Shown here: piece after piece, positions 26,038-30,393 of the stretch | How the letters are laid out: the number at the start of each line of letters is the position of its first letter | How positions within the stretch are numbered: position 1 is the first letter of the stretch | Assembly: GCF_000021865.1 (NCBI RefSeq) | Contig: NC_014034.1 | Coordinates: 3,090,001-3,122,000 of the forward strand | Source of the DNA: Rhodobacter capsulatus SB 1003 | GTDB taxonomy: Bacteria; Pseudomonadota; Alphaproteobacteria; Rhodobacterales; Rhodobacteraceae | Length of the DNA: 32,000 nt | Reading direction: 5' to 3' | Notes under the pieces: generated by a model | Told to the model about the DNA's origin: nothing | Database searches by the model: none | What the model saw: the letters and a program-made list of their open reading frames with translations, nothing else | Position numbers and translations under genes: made by a program

Positions 26038-26051
26038 CAATGGGGGGGCTG

Positions 26052-26507
26052 TCAATCGCCGGTAAACGCGCCCGATAGCCAATCGCGGGTTTCGGCGAGG
26101 ATGTTTTCCTTGTCCTCGTCCGAGAGGCCGAGATAGGGCCGCGCCGGGATGTCTCCCCAAAGGTGCGGCCACTGCTCCTTCGTCCCGCCGAACTGCATCA
26201 TCGCGGCATAGACGCGATCCGAGCCGATTTGGACATAATCCGCACCGGCCGCGGAGAAGATCTGGCTGTTGAGGCTGCCGGAGGTGCCAAAGAGCGGCCG
26301 ACTGTCCGTCTTGCGGGCGAGCGTGACCGGTGAGTTCGGCGCCCAGGCCGTGCCATCCGGCGCCGTACCCGCCGGAAATCGCGCCTTGGTCGAGGCCACC
26401 AGCAGCTCGCCAAGATCGCTCATGAACGTGGTCATGTCGCCCAGCTGATCCTGCAGCCGGTCGATGCCCGCCAGGATCTCGCCGTCGCGGAATTCGATGG
26501 TGATCAC
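26052..26507 (-). CDS. Phage virion morphogenesis protein (Mu gpG-like)
   Basis: From GTG 26507 (GTGA overlap with the upstream stop) it reads VITIEFRDGEILAGIDRLQDQLGDMTTFMSDLGELLVASTKARFPAGTAPDGTAWAPNSPVTLARK...YAAMMQFGG.... This matches the virion-morphogenesis/tail-completion S family. Confidence 0.85.
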   Translation of the reverse strand: MITIEFRDGEILAGIDRLQDQLGDMTTFMSDLGELLVASTKARFPAGTAPDGTAWAPNSPVTLARKTDSRPLFGTSGSLNSQIFSAAGADYVQIGSDRVYAAMMQFGGTKEQWPHLWGDIPARPYLGLSDEDKENILAETRDWLSGAFTGD

Positions 26508-26836
26508 GACAGCGCGCCGTCGGGCAGAGGATCGGCTTCGGGGGGCGGGTACTTCGCCAGCTCGCCTTCCAGCGTCCAGCCGATCGCCATCAGTTGCCAC
26601 GCCATGGACTTGGGCACATGCATTGGATCGGGTGCGGGGTAGCTTTGCTGCCAAGCAAAATGCGCGGGCTCATCCGGATGGGCAGACAGGTCCGTCAAGA
26701 TTGACCGGACGTAGGCCTCGTGGGCCGGATCGACGACCAACCCCTCGATTTTCCCCGTTGCGAAGTCGATGTCAAACTCGATCCGCCCCGCGCCGCGCGG
26801 GTGATCATGAACAGCGATGACGCGGGTTTTTGGCAT
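26504..26836 (-). CDS. Hypothetical phage protein (110 aa)
   Basis: It starts at ATG 26836 (MPKTRVIAVHDHPRGAGRIEFDIDF...), 8 nt after the upstream stop, and is GTGA-coupled downstream. No family is recognised. Confidence 0.6.
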   Translation of the reverse strand: MPKTRVIAVHDHPRGAGRIEFDIDFATGKIEGLVVDPAHEAYVRSILTDLSAHPDEPAHFAWQQSYPAPDPMHVPKSMAWQLMAIGWTLEGELAKYPPPEADPLPDGALS

Positions 26837-26843
26837 CTGGACC

Positions 26844-27140
26844 TCACACCTTCCAATAGAAAAGCACGCCAAGCGCCATTTCAAGCATCTCGGGATCGAC
26901 TTTCATTAAATCTCGCAGCATCCGGATCGATTTGATATCGGCCCCCAGAACCGGCTGCAGCGCCATCGTCAGCATTTCCAGCGCCGGGTTTGGTTTGGCG
27001 AAAGCATATTCGCGGCCTTGATAGGCGTTGTAATAATGGTCTTTTCGCGCCCACTCGCCCCTGCGGATCTGGACCAGCGGCTCGCCTTTGGTGCGTTGCC
27101 GGTGCAGATCCTGGAACAGCAGATCAAGGTCAGGACACAC
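26844..27140 (-). CDS. Hypothetical phage protein, or the 3' part of a disrupted gene
   Basis: The frame is open from the TAA at 27198-27200, and the ORF-track start is GTG 27140. The natural-looking sequence is ...LLFQDLHRQRTKGEPLVQIRRGEWARKDHYYNAYQGREYAFAKPNPALEMLTMALQPVLG.... It overlaps the 3' part of ORF 26969..27376 by ~170 nt. Confidence 0.5.
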   Translation of the reverse strand: MCPDLDLLFQDLHRQRTKGEPLVQIRRGEWARKDHYYNAYQGREYAFAKPNPALEMLTMALQPVLGADIKSIRMLRDLMKVDPEMLEMALGVLFYWKV

Positions 27141-27376
27141 CGCCTGCAGGTGGTGAGGTAATCCTTCTCGGGTTGACCGCGCCCACGGCCTGAATACTTA
27201 GCCACCGTGGCTAAGTATTCCCCGAACCGGCGCAACGCCGCGTCATTGCGCTCGATCAGGCGCATCATCGTCTGCCGCCGGGCGATTCCCAGCCGGTCTG
27301 CCAGCAGCGCCGCCGACATGCGCGGCTCGTCTCCCGCAGAAACCACAAGCTCGGTCGCTTCAAACAGTCCGTCCAT
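26969..27376 (-). CDS. Phage regulatory-protein-like ORF; only the N-terminal ~70 codons look credible
   Basis: GGAGG lies 6 nt upstream of ATG 27376. MDGLFEATELVVSAGDEPRMSAALLADRLGIARRQTMMRLIERNDAALRRFGEYLATVAKYSGRGRGQPEKDYL resembles HTH-type phage regulators (Rha/antirepressor-like). This is weak recall. The distal part (CRRCVLTLICCSRICTGN...) looks non-native and overlaps the 26844..27140 ORF. Confidence 0.45.
   Translation of the reverse strand: MDGLFEATELVVSAGDEPRMSAALLADRLGIARRQTMMRLIERNDAALRRFGEYLATVAKYSGRGRGQPEKDYLTTCRRCVLTLICCSRICTGNAPKASRWSRSAGASGREKTIITTPIKAANMLSPNQTRRWKC
27192..27220. repeat. Perfect 29-nt palindrome GAATACTTAGCCAC-c-GTGGCTAAGTATTC
   Basis: I read it directly and checked the 14-bp arms base by base. 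It lies inside ORF 26969..27376, just upstream of the point where the two overlapping ORFs diverge. Confidence 0.9.
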
Positions 27377-27695
27377 CGGTCGCCTCCATGGAAAAGACCG
27401 GCATGGCCGCCGACTGCCCGAAAGCGGATGGCCGGATGATGTTGGATTGATCGGTGCCGTTCATGGCACGCACTTCCTGCGCCCAGACCTCAACCTCGGC
27501 TTCCAGCTGATCCTCGACGCAGCGGCACAGCCCTCCGGCCTTGTCCGCCACTCCCATCGTCGCGCAGGCGATGGCATAGCCAAGGAACGAGGTGAGATCG
27601 GTCATCATCTGATTGAGGGCGCCAATGTCGCCCGCAGCCCGTGCCGCTTCAAATTCGCCGCAAAGATGGGCTTTGATCAGCGCTTCAAGGCCCAT
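27360..27695 (-). CDS. Hypothetical early-region phage protein (111 aa)
   Basis: ATG 27695 forms an ATGA overlap with the Ner-like gene stop. The product is MGLEALIKAHLCGEFEAARAAGDIGALNQMMTDLTSFLGYAIACATMG.... The upstream 54 codons of the tracked ORF overlap the Ner-like gene. Confidence 0.6.
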   Translation of the reverse strand: MGLEALIKAHLCGEFEAARAAGDIGALNQMMTDLTSFLGYAIACATMGVADKAGGLCRCVEDQLEAEVEVWAQEVRAMNGTDQSNIIRPSAFGQSAAMPVFSMEATDGRTV

Positions 27696-27952
27696 CACGC
27701 GGCCTCGCGGCGCAGGCGTTCGGTGTAAAGGCGCAGGAAGGTTTCTTCCCCCACCTCGTCGATCATCTTTTGCCGCAGCGCCCGCGCCTTGGTGCCGTTC
27801 CAACCGCCCGTGGCCGCGCTTTTGGCATTGGTCGCCGTCACCCCATGCGGGGCGCACCAGTCCTTCAGATTGGTCCCGATCACCCGCAGGTAGACTAGGA
27901 ACACATCGTAGAAGATCGGCCCCGGCTGGATGGATTTCACTTTATCTGCCAT
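27695..27952 (-). CDS. Ner/Cro-like small DNA-binding protein (85 aa)
   Basis: It starts at ATG 27952 with AGGGA upstream and is divergent from the CI-like repressor. LKDWCAPHGVTATNAKSAATGGWNGTKARALRQKMIDEVG loosely resembles the Mu Ner helix-turn-helix region. The call rests on position plus weak sequence recall. Confidence 0.55.
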   Translation of the reverse strand: MADKVKSIQPGPIFYDVFLVYLRVIGTNLKDWCAPHGVTATNAKSAATGGWNGTKARALRQKMIDEVGEETFLRLYTERLRREAA

Positions 27953-28047
27953 ATGCTTTTTCCCTGATCGGTCACACAAAGACCGTAATTCCCGTTCAAT
28001 CGCAGATTTGACGGCTATTTACGGTCATGTCAACAGGTTTTATCGCT
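27953..28047. promoter_or_regulatory. Divergent immunity-switch intergenic region with candidate operators
   Basis: It lies between the Ner-like and CI-like genes. GACCGTAA (27981-27988) and TTACGGTC (28019-28026) are inverted 8-mers. CGGTC-N7-GACCG lies at 27969-27985. TTGACG lies at 28008-28013. No clean sigma70 -10/-35 pair could be assigned. Confidence 0.4.
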
Positions 28048-28797
28048 ATGAACGCTGAGTACGGTCTTAGACTGTCGTCATGGAGAAAAGAGCAGAAGCT
28101 CTCGCAGCGGGCGCTTGGCTCTGTTCTTGGTGTAAGCCAAGGATATATAAGCGATATTGAGTCTGGCCGAAGCGAGCCGTCGCGCAACTTCCTGCAGGCT
28201 CTCACAGAGCGGTTCGGGGTCAGCGCCGACTGGATTCTCTATGGTGTCGGCCTGCCACAGACCGAGCGATCCGGCGGTTTCGAGGCTCGAAAGCCCGGAA
28301 AACGCATCGAACCTCCCGACCTCGGGCGGCCTCTTTCGGGTGATTTCCGATTCGCCGACGAAGATTTCTTCTTGATCGAGCGGATGGATCTCGACGTTTC
28401 TGCGGGCCATGGCATCGTACCCATACCTGGCGCCGAAACCGAGAGGATCGCCCTGCCGCGCTCGATGTTCCTGCGCAGTCGCCTGACGCCCGATTTCACG
28501 GTGCTGGTGCGGGTCAAGGGCGACAGCATGGCCCCGACCATTCCGGATGGAGCGCTGATCCTGCTCGACTGCAGTGTCAGGCGGGTTGACCGCGCCGGGA
28601 TCTTTGCCTTTTCGCTGGACGGTCAGTCCTATGTGAAGCGCCTGGTGCCATCGGGGACGATGGCGGACGGCAGGCCGCAGATGTTGATGCTGGTGTCCGA
28701 CAACCCGGCATTTCCGCCGGTAGCCTTGGCGGGACCAGAAATGGACCGGTTGCTGATCGCGGGGCGGGTTCGGGCGTCGATTGGCCAGTTCGATTGA
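28027..28797 (+). CDS. CI/LexA-like phage repressor (XRE HTH + S24 peptidase)
   Basis: The N-terminal HTH reads LSQRALGSVLGVSQGYISDIESGRSEPS. The C-terminal S24 domain reads VKGDSMAPTIPDGALILLD...YVKRL, giving a Ser/Lys dyad context. The start may be ATG 28027 or the internal ATG 28048 (MNAEYGLRL). Confidence 0.9.
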   Translation: MSTGFIAMNAEYGLRLSSWRKEQKLSQRALGSVLGVSQGYISDIESGRSEPSRNFLQALTERFGVSADWILYGVGLPQTERSGGFEARKPGKRIEPPDLGRPLSGDFRFADEDFFLIERMDLDVSAGHGIVPIPGAETERIALPRSMFLRSRLTPDFTVLVRVKGDSMAPTIPDGALILLDCSVRRVDRAGIFAFSLDGQSYVKRLVPSGTMADGRPQMLMLVSDNPAFPPVALAGPEMDRLLIAGRVRASIGQFD

Positions 28798-28884
28798 CGC
28801 GCGGGCCTGCGACGACGCCAACGGGTTGCAGATTATCGGTCAGGTTGTATGGTCGAGGCATTCTTGGGGATAGCGAGGTTCGTG

Positions 28885-29346
28885 ATGAAAAGCCTGACTT
28901 CGTTCACCAGCTGCGCCGGGCGAAACCTTTCGGCCTTCGCCTTGGTCGCAGTTCTGGCTGGATGCACATCGCAAGCCGCCCTCGACGCTCGTTCTCCCGA
29001 TCTGACATTTGATTTGCCTGACAACTATCAGGCCGTCTACGCGCGGACATTGACTTCGATACGCCGTTGCTGGCCAGTCGAGAACTTCGCGAGCTCGTCT
29101 GAGTTCATCCAAAGCGACCTATTCAATGAGCTTGGGTACGCGGAGATCAATCGGGGACGGGCCGATCTGATGAGCACCAGCGCTGTCGCGAAGATAAAGA
29201 TTTCGCGGGCCGGGCGCGGGTCGCGCGTCGAAGTTACGGCCCCATTCCTGGAAGCGCATCCGGCCCAAAAGGACTGGCTCGTCTACTGGATGAAGGGTGG
29301 CCAGAAGTGCCGGAAGATCGGTGAAGGCGCACCGCCGCCGCTCTGA
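28885..29346 (+). CDS. Lipoprotein of unknown function (moron next to the repressor)
   Basis: From ATG 28885 it reads MKSLTSFTSCAGRNLSAFALVAVLAGCTSQA, a signal peptide with the lipobox LAGC. No family is recognised for the mature part. Confidence 0.7.
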   Translation: MKSLTSFTSCAGRNLSAFALVAVLAGCTSQAALDARSPDLTFDLPDNYQAVYARTLTSIRRCWPVENFASSSEFIQSDLFNELGYAEINRGRADLMSTSAVAKIKISRAGRGSRVEVTAPFLEAHPAQKDWLVYWMKGGQKCRKIGEGAPPPL

Positions 29347-29369
29347 TATAGGCAGGCTGACGATGCAAA

Positions 29370-29409
29370 ATCACTTGCATGTTCGGCGCGCAGTCATGCA
29401 CCAAGTGAT
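29370..29409 (+). terminator. Imperfect hairpin 3' of the lipoprotein gene
   Basis: ATCACTTGCATG (29370-29381) pairs with CATGCA-cca-AGTGAT (29395-29409). This gives 12 bp with a 3-nt bulge and a 13-nt loop. It is followed by CTTGATAAATC, so there is no clear U-tract. Confidence 0.3.
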
Positions 29410-29490
29410 CTTGATAAATCGCATTAAGATTAGATACTTAGCTTAACATGCAACGGTTTTACGAACTCGCGGCCCGATTTGCATGTTCCG
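29375..29490. repeat. Three copies of the 9-mer TTGCATGTT (two direct, one inverted)
   Basis: TTGCATGTTCGG lies at 29375-29386. AACATGCAA, the reverse complement, lies at 29445-29453. TTGCATGTTCCG lies at 29479-29490. I read these directly from the sequence. Confidence 0.6.
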
Positions 29491-30393
29491 ATGCTGCGGC
29501 AAGCCTGCAATCCACCCTTCAAAGACCGTTTTAACACCTGTTTTTATTGGCGTTATCGGCGCTCTGCACCTGCGCCTCGGCGTATCCTCGATAGACGCCA
29601 GATCGCGCCAGAACGGCCGTTTTCCGCATCACTGCATGACATGGCGCCTGGGGCGCTTCGGCGGCGCTCGATGGCTGTAAGCCCTTTGTTTTATTGACCC
29701 ATCCAAGGTCTTCCGCCTTCAGACGGCTTCTTCCGGCTTCCTGCAGATTGTCGTGTCAAACAACACAGAAAACGTGACTTCGGCCGAGCACCTGAACAAG
29801 CGCGAAGCAGATGTTGGGAATGTTGTTGGTATAAGCCCGCATTGCACGATGAACGGCAATGATATCAATGGCTTACTGAATGGGCTGGCGGACGGGATGA
29901 GCCCAAGGCGGTTTCGGAGCACTAATTTATTCATTATAAATCAGATACTTGCAAGACCTCTGAGGTGTGAGTGATAACTGGGTGGCGGATTTGTGTAACC
30001 TCTGTGCGGCGTCATTAAGGTAAGATCAGGCGATCTATATTTGGTTATCCAGCTTGACCACTCCGCAAGATATACGAATGCGCCCACACTTCACAGCGCA
30101 AGACGGGACAGCACGTTGTCGCAAGTGAGGCGGTATTGCCATTTATTGAATGCACGTGACGAACTCCGATGAGGGAGAGCACAACGGCAATGTTGCCGCT
30201 TGCAGAAATGAACCGCAACAAGTTGGCTACGACGAAGTGCGTGCCCAAGCTAGGAGATCTAGTTCGAACCGAAAACGAGCGAGTAGAACCGCTAAAGGAC
30301 TAAGGCGGCATCAATCCGGAACAACCTCCACTACTGGCATCAGGCAGACAAGTCGCTCTACGGTATGTCATAACATCGAATTTATTTTCGAAA

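Noticed and set aside
10567-26654. First impression that this is an RcGTA-type gene transfer agent structural cluster
   Set aside because: The gene content and order do not fit g1-g15. The head genes are Mu-like (G, I/Z, DUF2190, DUF1320), and the distal tail is lambda-like (DUF1833, gpK-like, gpI-J). There is no terminase or portal, and a CI/Ner immunity switch is attached. Only the last two genes resemble GTA accessory (head-spike) genes.
30255-30275. GTTCGAACC, a tRNA T-loop-like sequence that might mark a tRNA integration site
   Set aside because: The flanking bases do not form a T-stem on either strand. I could not build an acceptor or anticodon arm. No tRNA or tmRNA was recognisable anywhere in the window.
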